Source: Octopus vulgaris
Lineage: Eukaryota
Direction: 5' to 3'
Assembly: GCA_951406725.2 (NCBI GenBank)
Contig: OX597822.1
Location: 70,432,001-70,496,000, forward strand
DNA: 64,000 nt
The notes beneath the pieces are model-generated. The model did no database searches. It saw only the letters and a list, made by a program, of their open reading frames with translations, and had not been told where the DNA came from. Position numbers and translations under genes: made by a program. Shown here one piece after another: positions 13,147-26,728 of this stretch; position 1 is the stretch's first letter; each line of letters opens with the position of its first letter.

Positions 13147-14004
13147 ATGTGTGTGTATGTGTGTGTCTATTATTCTTTCTGCTGCAAACGCTTTAGGGAT
13201 ATTTTCTAAATTTTCTTTGAATTTCTTTGTTCTTCTAATTTAAAAATATAATTACCAAGACTATTTGTTCGGTTGCTTTGCAGGAAGAAATGCGTAGACT
13301 TCAGCAGCTAAACTTGTTCTTTGCATTGGGCTGCACATATGAAAAGCTTTTCAATGTAGATGAATTGCAAAGACAGAACATTAATGGCTTTTTGTATTGA
13401 GTTCCATTAATTGTTGGTTGTAAGCATTAAATTGGTGCCGCTATATTTTGTGTTCTTTGAAGGCAGTGTGTGTTGGCTTTCTTCAGTCATAGAAACACTA
13501 TTGAATTAGCCAGTATGGTTTGATTTATACTTTATACTATTTATCTGCACCTCAAAGCTGCACAGTTTTGGAAGCTGTTAGTTAAATTTCTTTCATTTAT
13601 TGTTTTCTTCTGTGTCTTCATAAATAATTGCTATCAAAGCAGTTCTGTTTTGAAATGATTAAAAGTGCAAACATCTTTTTTTCCCCAACGTATCATAATC
13701 TTTAAAATATTGAATTAGTTTATATATTTTTTAATTACTGTTTATCATTATTTTTATTATTTTTCTTCTTCTTCTTCTTATTATTATTATCATCGTTATT
13801 ATTATTATTATTTTTGTGTCATTTGACAAGAAAACATATTCGGTAAATAGGAATTATTCTTATTCACTAAACAGGTCAGTGTATTGGAATGGTGTGAAAG
13901 TTACTTTTTAATATCTCACTTGCTATAGATTAGGAAATAAGACCAAACTTAGATTTAGCCACATTTTATTAACTTCTGACATTTTCATTTCAGTCATATC
14001 AGGG

Positions 14005-14046
<42 letters not shown>

Positions 14047-14431
14047 CAAACGAACACACACACACTCTCTTTATTGTATGTCAGACTGATAATGTTTAAT
14101 GATTAAAGAAACCTCTTTTGAATATCATTTCATATAAAGTGTTTTATTGGGTTGTTTTAGACATTAGTCAACATTGCATGATGTTGCTGGAGTACACAGT
14201 GTCAGGTCAAAATCTAATTGAATTCCAATTAACCTACATCTAATTTGTCTCTGTTTGCAATCTAAAGAAAATCTTCAGACTGCAAACAGAGTCAAGTTCT
14301 CTGGGAAGGGTGTAGCTGTTTCACCATATGTCACACACAAGTACAGGCCCAGCCAGTGCCATTTTTGCATAGCCATCTTTTATAATTAATACTCGAGGAC
14401 TTTTCTGGTTGTTATGTATGTATTTTCTTTC

Positions 14432-14730
14432 ACTCTTTTATTCTTTTACTTGTTTCAGTCATTTGACTGTGGCCATGCTGGAGCACTACTTTGAAGGAGT
14501 TTTAGCCGAATAAATTGGCCCCAGGATTTATTATTTTTTTTTAAAGCCTAATACTTATTCTGTCGGTCTCTTTTACTGAACCACTAATTTATGGGGGACC
14601 TAAATACACCAACACTTGTTGTCAAGTTGTGATGTGGAGCGGGGACGCACACACACAGACACACACACACACACACACACACCATATGGTTGGGAAGCAA
14701 GCTTCTTACCACACAGCCACATCTGTGCCT
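14432..14730 (-). mobile_element. SINE family A with an internal deletion
   Basis: Homology to the family A tail and head. Confidence 0.85.
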
Positions 14731-15278
14731 GTACAATTATATATTTACTTGATTACGGATTTCGACATCCCTTATTCCTCAATCTCTTATTTCTTATCAC
14801 TTGACCCCATTCTCTTCAGATTATTGCTTTGATCTTCTCTATGTGTTAGACTGGTGTATGATTGGGAGCCAATATAGAACAATTCTCTTTCATCATATAT
14901 TGTTTCCATGTCTGTTTTCTTTCCAATCTCATCCCTATTTCTTCCTTTTTTTCTTAAACCGTTTTTTTCTAATTAGTAAGCTTGAGGAAAGGGAACAGTC
15001 CAATGCTGTTAGATTGGTTGGGATGGTTGATATTCATTTTAAAATTTCAAAACTCAGTTGTGTGAAGTCCTACTTTCATATCTGGGATGGTGCAACAGTT
15101 ACACAACAAACACAGTAATTTTCTAGACTGCACCTTGAGACAGGCCACTTGATAGATTAGCGTTAAGACACTCACAGACACATTCTAACCCAGGTCTAGC
15201 CAACTCGAATTACATTGTGGGCCACTTTCATCTCAGAAAGTTTTTTGGTGGCTGTTTGTATACTTTATGCACTAATAT

Positions 15279-15630
15279 AGGCGTAGGAGTGGCTGTGTGG
15301 TAAGTAGCTTGCTTACCAACCACATGGTTCCGGGTTCAGTCCCACTGCGTGGCACCTTGGGCAAGTGTCTTCTACTATAGCCTTGGGCCGACCAAAACCT
15401 TGTGAGTGGATTTGAGAGACAGAAACTGAAAGACTCACGTCGTATATATATACGTATATGTGTGTGTGTATATGTTTGTCTGTCTGTGTTTGTCTCCCCA
15501 ACAACCGATGCTGGTGTGCTTATGTCCCCGTAACTTAGTGGTTCGGCATAAGTCCGGAGGTCGATTTGCTCAACTAAAGGCGGTGCTCCAGCAAGGCCAC
15601 AGTCAAATGACTGAAACAAGTAAAAGAGTA
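15279..15630 (+). mobile_element. SINE family A
   Basis: Head ggcgtaggagtggctgtgtggtaag to tail aagtaaaagagt. Confidence 0.9.
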
Positions 15631-15807
15631 ATAGTCAAAATTGCAGAATCATGAATGTTTCATACATTTTGTTTGTTTAAAATTATAAAATTGTAGCCTA
15701 TTGCTGTATTGCCACTTATAAATTTTTAATTTATTTTGAAACAAATGTTTTACACAAACAATTTTGTAAATCTCACAAGGAGAGATATTCATTCAGTAAC
15801 AGTACTT

Positions 15808-16141
15808 TGGAGTAAAGATTATTTGCCAACTTAACATGGCAGTCCTGGTTTAGGACGAATGTTGCTGTAATTTAGTCCCAGGAGACATGATCTGTGTCCT
15901 TATATTTTTGAACAAGGGAATCTAGCACCCCCACTTTGCCCAAAACAATATTTGTGTATTGCGAAATAACCCGGAAATCTTGACACACAGATATTGTTTT
16001 GGGCTGAGTGGAGGTGCTAGATTCCCTTGTTCAAAAATATAAGGACACAGACCGTGTCTTATAGTCAGCTGGACATAATGTCTCTTGGTGGTAAATTACA
16101 CCAGGACTGCCATGTTATGTTGGCAAATAATCTTTACTCCA
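15808..16141. mobile_element. Fold-back MITE with long terminal inverted repeats
   Basis: tggagtaaagattatttgccaac...gttggcaaataatctttactcca; internal arms tctgtgtccttatatttttgaacaagggaatctagcacc and its reverse complement. Confidence 0.9.
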
Positions 16142-16559
16142 CAAACAATTTTATTTTGAAATTAAGCACAATACTTCAAGAAAGTATCAAGCAAGCCTCA
16201 GGTTAGCCAGCTGTTCTAACCATTCTGGCGCACAAGTGTGTTTGTCTCCTCTCTGTTTTTTTCTATTACTGTTTCAATGGACTCTGCTCTTTGGAGCTGC
16301 CTGGTCTTGTGCCATGTTTACTCAAACACACTCAATTCATTTGTCTCTCCTCCTCTCATTACCCTCAGTAAATGCACTAACCCATAGATCACTAGCTATG
16401 TAGAATTCCCTCCATGCATGTGTCTTTCTTTAAATCTTTGACTAGCTATGATTTAAGGGGGAATGTTAAACAGCTTCAATCTCATTAGTATCAGAAAATC
16501 TGTGAACGCTACCAGCAAAACCCCTTTCCCTATCTATCATTCCATCCATTTTCACCATC

Positions 16560-16810
16560 CACTATTCCTGGGAAGTTCTTGTAGGTAGAGCCGTAGGTAG
16601 GGTCCTATCAAAAACAACCCTCATTACACTTTCCTGCTGGATTCTCAAGTATGACCAACTGAAACTATGGATATTACTGAACTGTTTGGATCTTGGTCTA
16701 CTCCCAGGTCTTTTACTGGTTGGTTTGGCTTGAAGAATCTGCCTTGCCGTCCTCTCCTGTGACGTTCTTATCACATATCCATAGTACTGGAAATGTGACC
16801 TTACTCTTGA
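16560..16810 (-). mobile_element. RTE-clade LINE 3' fragment
   Basis: Translation ...ERTARQILQAKPTSKRPGSRPRS... resembles the C-terminal GKRPRGRPR motif of RTE ORF2. Confidence 0.6.
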
Positions 16811-16907
16811 CCATATTTAAGAAAAATGTATTTAGTGAGAATGCAGTGGGGAGAACTACAATAGGAATGTGTGAGAGGAAGGACGGTGAAAGCATCAAGT
16901 CAAGTTT

Positions 16908-17400
16908 AGCCCTTTAGCATTCAGATTATGTACAGGTTTGTCCTTTGCAGGTGTTGGTGCCACATACATTGCACTCATGCCAGTGCTGTGTAAATCCACC
17001 CATGCTGGTGGCATATAAAAACCACCCAGCACACGCTGTAAAGTGGTTGGTGTTAGGAAGGGCATCGGGCTATAGAAACCATGCTCCAACAGACAATTGG
17101 AGTCTGGACGACTCGCCAGTTGGCCAGCTCCTGTCAAATCATCCAATCCATGCCAACATGGAAAATGAACATTAAATGATGATGATGATGATGATGACTA
17201 CTTTACCAAATGTAATGCTTATTTAATCACGTTGTTTTCAATTAATCATGCATTCATTATCTTAATTTTGAATGATGCCACTGTTTACTTTTAGAATAAC
17301 ATTGTAAGGTAAACACGAGTAGCTGGATTTGGCTGGTTTGATCTTAAAACAAGTAGAATATTCAGGTTGGGTACGACCAGTTTAAAAGCTTATGGGTTAA
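16908..17400 (+). mobile_element. piggyBac-like MITE split by a family C SINE (~16930-17197)
   Basis: ccctttagcattcagatta...gcttatgggTTAA. Confidence 0.75.
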
Positions 17401-18078
17401 GTAGAGTTGTCAAACTAACAAGAGTAGTGATTGTTCTTGTGCAGAATGGTAAAAGAGACAAAGTGAGGACACAATGTGTTGACCGTTGACGGAGGTGGCG
17501 TTTTTTCAGACAATTTTATATCATACTTAATAAGCTGTGAAACATATCAATTGCTTTGTAGCCACTAAGTTCCCTTTATTTTCTTATTTACACACTGGTT
17601 TACAGAAACTCTTAACTCCTACAAAACCATATTTCATCAGAGCTACCACATAAAATTGCTTTTTGCTGAGTACTACTGCCTTTCAGCAAAGCATATTAAA
17701 CCCCATATCACAAATTATGTAGTTCGAATATAGATATATATATATGAACCTAATTCTTGACATCACTTGAAATGATATCTAATTATGAAAACTCCCCATA
17801 CTCAGGACACATGTGAAGCCGAATTTCCAGTTTAATTTACCTCAGTGCTTATCATGTGGTGATGGCGATGATAGCAGTTGTGTCTGTTGGAAATAACGAC
17901 ATAAAATGAAATGATTTACAATTATCATATTAAAACTCTCCACCACATCAAATTGGAGCTTTCAAAACTTTCCAGATGTCCACTTTTGGAAACCAAATTC
18001 AGACCAGAGCACTTCTCTTTCCTCTTTAGTATGCTACATTCAATCAGCAAACAAAAACAAGAAGAACAACCCAAATCA

Positions 18079-18120
<42 letters not shown>

Positions 18121-18122
18121 GC

Positions 18123-18153
<31 letters not shown>

Positions 18154-18162
18154 TATATACAA

Positions 18163-18199
<37 letters not shown>

Positions 18200-19336
18200 T
18201 ATATACATACACTCTTCCATGTTTTTATTTTCCATCCCACAGCTTTTATTTGTTATGCTGCTACATTGTTGATATTGATTACCTCTCTGTATCGATGGCT
18301 GTCCCTAGCTATATAATAACTTTTATTTACTGTTGTTGCTGTCCATTACTGTAGCAATTCTTGTCTATTAATATTCTAACTTACATCTTTACTTACCTCT
18401 TTATACTGTTGCTACTGCTGTCTTCGGTTTCCTTCCAACCCACTCGCAACAACCATCTCCCTTTTATGTCATTGCCATTATTAGATCACGTCTTCTATTG
18501 TCTTCAACAACTATCATTATTTATTTCCTCTAAACTTAATGCTTCTCCATCACTCCACATCACCCTCTCTCTCTCTCTCTCTCTCTGTCTCTGTCTCTCT
18601 CTTCCTCCTCCTCTTCTCCCCTGTCCTCCTCCTCTCTTTCGGCTGAACATCAGCTGTAGTGTATTCTGAACTTTTATTCTTTAGTCTCTTCTTCTCTTTT
18701 GTGTGAAAGATGCAGGATTCGTAGCATGTTAATCTCCACATCAAAGTAATATTCATTCTCATCATTTCTCTTCAATCCTTATTGTTGCTGTTACAATTTT
18801 TATCATCATCATCATCATCGCCGCCATCGTCATCATCGTCACCACCACCACCACCACCATCGTCGTCATCATTCTCATTTATTTACTGTACATATGGGAG
18901 CTTTCTTTCTTCAGTTATTTTGCCAGCGTAGTTGATATCAGTTTGCCTCTTGGCTCTACTGCTAGTACTCTTTTACTGCCACTCACATAAATAGCAACAT
19001 GATTCAGTGGCGTTTGATCGGACAGCAACCAGTTGTTTTATAACCATATAACTGCAACTAACTTCTTCTCCTCTCCACCATCCAGTTCGGAATAACATGC
19101 TAACTCTTTTATAAGCATTAATCTACTGCTAACATGGCGCTATACATCTATCAGCACACAACATAAAATTGTAACTAGGTACCATCCTTGGCATTCGCAG
19201 TGTCCAGTTGCTTTACACTCTTTCAATAGAGACTAAATCAGTGATAAGAGAAAGCCTGCACCCTGTAAGCAAACAAAGTGAAATCTATTGCGATCCCCAA
19301 AATTAGAGCCGTGGGTCTATCTATTTAATGTGTTAA

Positions 19337-19611
19337 CTGCCATGGCCTGTTACTGGAACTTACTGGTGGGTACCAAGTATTGTTGGTCACACTACATATT
19401 GTTAAATTATGAGGAAATGTAATCTTATTGCATTTTTGCAATATTCCATAATTAAGCTTTAATATTTTGCGCTCGTGTTATTTAAATTTCCTCGAAACCG
19501 TGTCAAAGATACAGAATAAAATATTTTCTCAAATTATGAAACTGTACCACCAGTGGTGCATATGGCATTTGTATAAAGTTTGCGATGAACCGCCTATGGC
19601 ATGCATGGCAG
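19337..19611. mobile_element. TTAA-flanked MITE (ctgccatg...catggcag termini)
   Basis: TTAA at 19333-19336 and 19612-19615, with 8-bp terminal inverted repeats. Confidence 0.65.
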
Positions 19612-20189
19612 TTAATATATTAAAACTCATTTCCAACTAACATTGGATTAGTAAAACAAATGAAAGAGCCTTTATGAAGTTGGTCAAGCTGCTAGAAATA
19701 GCTGGTAAATCTCTCTCAGATCACACCCTATCATCTTAGAAAAGAAGGATGCTTTGGAGGCTATAGCTTAAGTTATACTGTGTCCAAAAATAAGTGGAGT
19801 AATGGTAGTTAGAATGCCTTTGATTATAGCTTTGGTTGAACAGCCAAAAAGGGTGATGGTGAAACAGTGGTTCAAAATTGCACTCCTTTTAAATGTTCTA
19901 TTCTGATTTTTTGGGAACCATACAGTTTCTCTTACAAAAGACATGGAAACATATCGAGCTCTATAGATGTGGTTCCACTCTTGGATAGGTTTAACTCTGC
20001 ACTCTAAACACTCCTCTGCAAATTCTGTGTATTTCCCCTGCTGGGCCCCTTACAGCAAGAACACTATCTGATGAGCTGAGGATTTAGAGGAGAATCTCCT
20101 TTCTATTCCGCTGGCTGTTGTCAAGGAAAAACCTGACTGATAAGAGTGGACTGTATGTGTCTGTTTGCAGCAACAGCAGCTGCAAGTAT

Positions 20190-20318
20190 GATAACAGTGG
20201 TAACAATAACACTAACAACAATGGCATCAACATCAATATTAATAATCCTTGCAACAACATCAATACCAGCAGCAATAACAATGACTCCGATGACAATAAC
20301 AACAAAGGCAACAACGAC

Positions 20319-20363
<45 letters not shown>

Positions 20364-20720
20364 CTTAGTAATAATAGCAATATTGATAACAAATTCATCA
20401 TCATCATCATCATCATCATCAATAACATTTACAATCACACGTATCGTTAACAATAGCAACATTAACAATTACATTGGCAAAGACAATGTACGGCAATGAT
20501 ATCAATAACGCTAATAGCAATAACAACGATATCAACAACAACAACAACATCAGTAAGTACAGTGCATCATCATCATCATCATCGTCATCCACAGCGGTAT
20601 GCCAACAATAACATGAATTGCAACAGTGTTAAACACCATTACAAACAATATTATCACAGTATTGCTGCCACCATGACCACCACCACCACCACCACCATGG
20701 CCAATAATAACATCACTGAC
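20190..20720. repeat. Low-complexity (AAC/AAT/CAT)n trinucleotide region
   Basis: Seen directly. Confidence 0.9.
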
Positions 20721-20866
20721 CAATCTTGTCTATACTTGCATGGAAAACCTGATACATAAATTGTTATTTTATTATTGAATTTCTATTTAATTGATAAATT
20801 GATCTCGAGTATTTCTTTTTTCCTAGCAACAATGTATGGAGCTTCCATTTTTTTTTTGTTTTTTTA

Positions 20867-20899
<33 letters not shown>

Positions 20900-21191
20900 A
20901 TGTGTTTTTAAGTTCTATTTTTTTTAATAGTTTAGAGGGAGTGGGGTGATTTAAAAAAAAAAAAATTATGAACTCTTTGCTCCTTTAATAAATCAGAGCT
21001 GTAGGGGCTGTGAACTTTTCTGTTTTTTTTTTCTCCCCGCATTTTTTTTTAACGAGACTTAAACAAAGAAATATGTTGGTGTTGTATTGATTTCTTCTCA
21101 CTGTTTCTGAAGACGACCATTTGCTTATGATTGTTAACTGTTTTCTCATGTTTGACATTTACATAAAGCATGAAATCTAGAAATAATGATG

Positions 21192-21247
<56 letters not shown>

Positions 21248-22004
21248 CATAATGATGATGATGATGATGGCCATGTAGGATGAATTAATAAAGATTAAAG
21301 ACTTATTAATATCTGAAAATAATTTCTCAATTTAATATAAAGTGATTGAAAACAGTTATTATTACCCAAGAAATTAATCTATCAAATTTTTCGAAATATA
21401 TTATTAAAAAACTTATATTGAACTGAATTGAATTGAAAAACAAAACAAAACAAAACAAACACAACAAAAGCAAAAAAGGAAGAAGAAGCAAAAACAACAA
21501 AAATGAATGAAACAAAGACAGTAAAATAAAGCCCAAAACAAAAAGAAAGAGACATTAAAATGATAAAATTTTTGCCTTACTCTATGCTTTATTTGAAAAT
21601 TATTTTAATTTTAATAAAATGTGTGAAGAATTCTCCAAATTAATGTGGTTCCTAATTGTCTATTACTGTTGACTAATGGATGTTAGTTTTGAACTGCTAT
21701 TAGCCAAGATGAAACTTTCAAAACTGAAATTATCTTGGCAATTACTTGTCAAATATTGCTGAAATTAATTTGTGTGCTGTAGTTTTATTTGATTTGTTTT
21801 TGTTTTTGTTTTTGTTTGATTGTTTGTTTGTTTGTTTTCTTTGTTGTTGTTGTTTGTTTGAGTGTTTGTTTGTTTTTAAATTCCTTCTTTTGCTTTTCCA
21901 TGCTAGCATTACTTGGTTGCTTTTACAAATTTAGACAATTGTATGGGTTATAAGATCTGATGTTGTTGTTGTTGATAGTGTCATCATTGCCGTCACTGAC
22001 ATCA

Positions 22005-22190
22005 TCATCATTGTCATCATCATCACCACCACCATCACCATCACCACCACCACATCACCACCACCACCACCACCACCACCACAATCATCATCATCACCAT
22101 CATCATCACCACCACAATCATCATCACCATCACCATCATCATCACCACCACCATTGTCATTATCTTCATCATCGTCATCATCATCATCAT
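22005..22190. repeat. (CAT/CAC)n microsatellite
   Basis: Seen directly. Confidence 0.95.
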
Positions 22191-22385
22191 ATTTTCAACA
22201 GTTGTTTGTAAGTTTCTGCTGCACCATCACCAGGTACATCACTGCATCCCTGAGCTATGTATATGTGCAGTATGGACAGTATTGTCCTCTTGGGAATATA
22301 AAAATGATGCTACATCAGTCTTGCATTATATATATTGTATAAGTTGTATTATTATTATTATTATTATTATTGTTATTATTATTAT

Positions 22386-23098
22386 GATTAGCTTTTAGTG
22401 CCAGATAGTGATTGCTTAGCGCATATATTCTCTGGGTTGCATTATTATTTTATTGGGGAGTGTTTGTGTTTCATAAATGGCGTGTGACTGGTTTTATGCG
22501 ATCATATGTGCTGTGTTTGGTTTAGTGATGGACTGGCAGTGCTTGTGCTGGGCATATCCTGTGTGAGTTGTATTATATTATTAATGTGTATCAACTGTAT
22601 ACAATGTGAGCTGTGTGAGTTGCTTGTGTTACAGTGCCAGACATTGATTATGTAAGAGTATGTGTTGCATGAGCTGTGCTAGTTCATTGTTTGTTTATTG
22701 TCAAGGTTGCACATTATGTAAGAGAGTGTGCTGTTTCAGTTGAAACTATTTCATATAGGATGCCGGCTGTGTCCCACATGGCCAACTTTTAAGCTTCGAA
22801 GCCCTGGTTTACTTTATATGTTTTTATTCATATTTTTTTTCTTTTTATACCATACTTGGTGCTGCATTTTTTATTGGTACTGTTCTTATGTTCCTGTCCC
22901 ATACCCTGCTTATTTCAATTTCAAGATCCTTGTACTTTGGCTTTTCCCCAACCTCTTTTGAGCAATGTTTTGGTCTGAAAGGTTGAAGATGTTGGCAGCT
23001 GTTTTCGGGCATTTTCTTTCTGCTCTTTGATGACCATATCTGGACAGTTTGATTTTGATCACCTTGTCAGTCCGTACATGTATGTCCCATATGATTGT
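22386..23098 (-). mobile_element. R4/Dong-like non-LTR retrotransposon 3' fragment (restriction-like endonuclease plus 3' UTR)
   Basis: Minus-strand translation with frameshifts TIIWDIHVRTDKVIK..NCPDMVIKE..KYKDLEIEISRVWG; ends in (TAA)n at ~22350-22385. Confidence 0.8.
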
Positions 23099-23101
23099 AA
23101 C

Positions 23102-23426
23102 CAGTGGTGGACTGGCCAGGTTGCCAGCTTGCCTGATGGCAAGTGGGCCCCTGCACCATTAGAATCCATATATGGGGGCCCATGTTAGTATCTAAGGGGC
23201 CCATCCCCTCAAGTTTGAGAATATTTTTATTTACTCCTGGAAGAATGCATTATTTCAGCCTGGCTGTGTTTGTAGACAGTTGGAAAGAATACTTTTAACA
23301 AAAAAAAAAAAAAAAATGACAGCATTCTAGCTGTGGGTGAGCCCCCTTGTAGTTGCGGGTGGACCATCTTGTAGTTGTGGGTGGGCCCCCTTAGTCTCCT
23401 GGCAGCCAATATTTTTAGACCCAGTC
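23102..23426. mobile_element. hAT-like MITE, one end truncated
   Basis: Starts cagtggtggactgg and ends ...acccagtc, with repeated gggcccc subterminal motifs. Confidence 0.55.
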
Positions 23427-23491
23427 TAAAAGTAAAGGATAAAGCTCCTTCCCTAGTTGCATAGATTCATAAGGCTGGTTTCGTGTTTTTT

Positions 23492-23542
<51 letters not shown>

Positions 23543-24799
23543 CTCCTGGATAGGACACCAGTTCATTGCAGGATTACTCATTTTTGCCAGCTGAGTGGAC
23601 TGGAGCAACATGAAATGAAGTGTTTTCCTCAAGAGCACTATGCATTGCTTGGTCCAAGAATTGAAATGACACTCTTTTGATCACAAACCCAGCGCCCTAA
23701 CCACTAAGCCATGCATCTAGATAATGTCATATACAATGCTTGGTACATGTTTATATATTTCTTATCCATTATCATGTTAATTTGTCAGTGTATTTACCCA
23801 GTATGTAGAACTGCTGACTTGATTATGTTTTTGAATAAACTCAGACTTATTAAACTGGATCTAATAGGGTTCGAAATTGAACTCGCAGCCTTATGAACAT
23901 AAGCCACACCCTCTAACCATTATGCCTTGCACCCTTCATTCAGATGTTAGAAGGACAGTGCTAAACACAATGAGGCATTTAGTTTTGTTCTTTGCTATTT
24001 CTCTCTCAAATCAAACTTCATATTTGCTTATGTTAATATCGACAGCGTTTTCTGCTTTCATATAGATTACTTTCCATAGCCTCAAATTGATGAGAAATAA
24101 ATCAACCAAGTTAACTTCTCAGCCAATCAATTTTTAGACTTAGTTACCATTATATGCGTGGTTTTGATTCTATATAGAGTTGTGCACACATTTACACATT
24201 TATCTATTCCAGAGACAGGGTAGGGTGTTTCTTTCTTTTTTTTTTTTTTTTTTTTGCATTAAAACCCAGGTTTGCATTGTTCAGTCAACACTGCAAGTTG
24301 ATGCAACAAATTATAATGAAGATAAACAGCAATCGCAGTTATCTAAATGCTTTATCATGCAGGCTGCATTTCTCATTAACTCGGGCTATTGAGGATTTAT
24401 TTTGCTGAGGAAGGGATGGAAGGATGGGAGCTTTATTTATTTATTTATTTATTTATTGGGCTATGTATGGATATGTGTCTAATGAAGTAGAACATTTTTA
24501 TTGCAGTGTCTGTCATTTACTCATCGTATTTAATTGACAAAGGAAGGAAAGGAAAAAAACCCTGCATAAACCGTAGTTAAAAAACAGTACTTTGCAGTAG
24601 TAACAATAACTGTAACTTATGTAATGGTTTAGATGTGGTTGAATCCTCAGTGTCATACAAGTATGGGAAATCATCAAATATCCATGCTTCCACTGCTAAT
24701 ATTGATGTAGGAGGAGTTTTGCATCTGGGAAGAAAATATGATAATTAAAAGAGTAAATACAGATAGCTATGTCATGGCATCTGCCAAAATATTGCTTTC

Positions 24800-25280
24800 A
24801 AATATTGGAACCAGGCCAGCAATTTTGGAGCAGGAGCTAGTTGACCCCCAGTGCTCAACTGGTACTTATTTTGTTCTTTTCTACTCTAGACACAAGTCCC
24901 TAAATTTTTGGGGAGGGGCTAGTTGATTAGATTGTCAGCAGTATGCAACTGGTACTTATTTTATTCTTTTCTACTCTAGGCACAAGATCCTAAATTTTTT
25001 GGGGGGAGGGGGCAGTCGATTAGATTAACCCCAGTATGCAACTGGTACTTATTTTGTTCTTTTCTACTCTCGGCACAAGGCCCTAAATTTTTAGGGAGAG
25101 GGCCAGTCGAATAGATCAATCCCCAGCATGCAACTGATACTTATTTTATTGACCCATAAAGGATGAACAGCAAAGCTGAGCTTGGCAGATTTTGAACTCA
25201 GAGCCTAAAGATGAACTAAATCCTGCTAAGTGTTTTACCTGGCATGCTAATGATTCAGCTTGCTGCCTTTGCCGCCTTAA
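24800..25280 (-). mobile_element. SINE family B with a tandemly amplified 3' segment (~80-bp unit, 3-4 copies)
   Basis: Unit caactggtacttattttgttcttttctactctaggcacaag...ggggaggg..agtcgattagatt repeats over 24841-25150. Confidence 0.85.
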
Positions 25281-25707
25281 AATATTAATAACAGTCATCT
25301 CTTAGATACATCACCACACACATTGTTGTTTTTTTGTGGAAGAGAATGGTTAAATATTTGACTGCTACTTATTTTATTAGCTCTAGAAGCAGGAGAAGTT
25401 GACCTTGGCAGAAACTTGAACTCAGAATGTAAAAGATTCTAAAGGTGTGAAATGAAATTGGGGAATTTGGTTATCTCACGAGTAATAAAAGGTTGTCGAT
25501 TGTTCTGTATTTCAAGTTGTTGCTTTTCTTACTTTTTGACACTGGTAGCTTAGCATAGTTTTATAAACACAGGATGACTTCAAAATTACTTGCACCACCG
25601 CCAATAAAAACGGAAAATTTATCAGTCATGGAAGAAAGAGATGTAAATCTGGGAATTAGCAACCAGCTTAGAACTCCAAAAGACAAGCCCCCCAACTGTG
25701 TTCTTAA

Positions 25708-25928
25708 CCCTTCAGTATCCAGATTGCTCTGTCAAATGTGATGATTATTTTTTCACATTGTTTTGAATTAACCATGCATTATCTTGTAACTTTGAAATTT
25801 TGATGATGCGATTGTTAATTTTTTAGAATGACATTGTAGGGTTAGTATGAGAGGCTTGATCTGGTCAGTTCGACCATAAAATGGCTAGAATATTTGGGCC
25901 GGATATGACTGGTTTGAATGCCAAAGGA
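25708..25928 (+). mobile_element. piggyBac-like MITE, uninterrupted
   Basis: TTAA|cccttcagtat...aatgccaaagga|TTAA. Confidence 0.8.
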
Positions 25929-26574
25929 TTAATGCGTGAAAGAAAGGCCCGGGTAACAGTACTTGAAATGGATGTTGCTACCAGTATTAAGAAGTGAGAA
26001 ATACTGAACAAATGACAAGCTTTTATTGCCTGTGAAACAACCAGAATCCCCCAGCTTCATTTTACACCTCATGTCTCCTTCACCGTGCACTTCCTCAGTT
26101 GATTCCCCATAATTCAGGATGAATTATTGTCCTTGTACCTCTTATCAAAAGGTGTGCTTGACTTTGTCGGTATTTGAACTTAAAATTAAAGGAAACACTG
26201 TAATCTGTTTAGTCAGGTGCTCCAATACCATGTTCATCTCAGACACATCGATTGAAACGTTTATCATTAACAACTATGTTTACCTTCAACATTTTTTATT
26301 ATTTAGTCCAAACTACTTAAAATACTGATTTTGTTGTGTCACTTTTTCATTAAATATCTCTCTTGCTTTCCTATATATTTCCATAAATTTGATAACAATT
26401 CTAATCTTAATTGCAACCCAAATCAAATGATATATGTGCTATGCAAATAGCCTGTCTCTGTAATTTCTTGAATATTTAATGAATCATTATTATTATTATT
26501 ATTGATATAAGGCTTGTCTGGACATAACCATTATAAAGCTGGTGAAAAGAAGAGAGAAACATTTTTTTACGAAT

Positions 26575-26635
<61 letters not shown>

Positions 26636-26728
26636 GAGAAAAAAAAAACTTCACACACACCATTGGAAAATTTGTGGAGAATTTTCGAGAAAGTCTGTTA
26701 CTCTTTGGAGGCAGTTCCCTCTGTATAT

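Noticed and set aside
13461-13480. miR-34/449-like seed aggcagtgt
   Set aside because: No complementary arm to form a precursor hairpin.
20084-20759. Poly-Asn, poly-Ile and poly-Leu ORFs
   Set aside because: Trinucleotide low-complexity sequence open in several frames on both strands, with no convincing splice sites.
24841-25150. CRISPR-like repeat array
   Set aside because: Eukaryotic context, no unique spacers, and the units are SINE tail copies.
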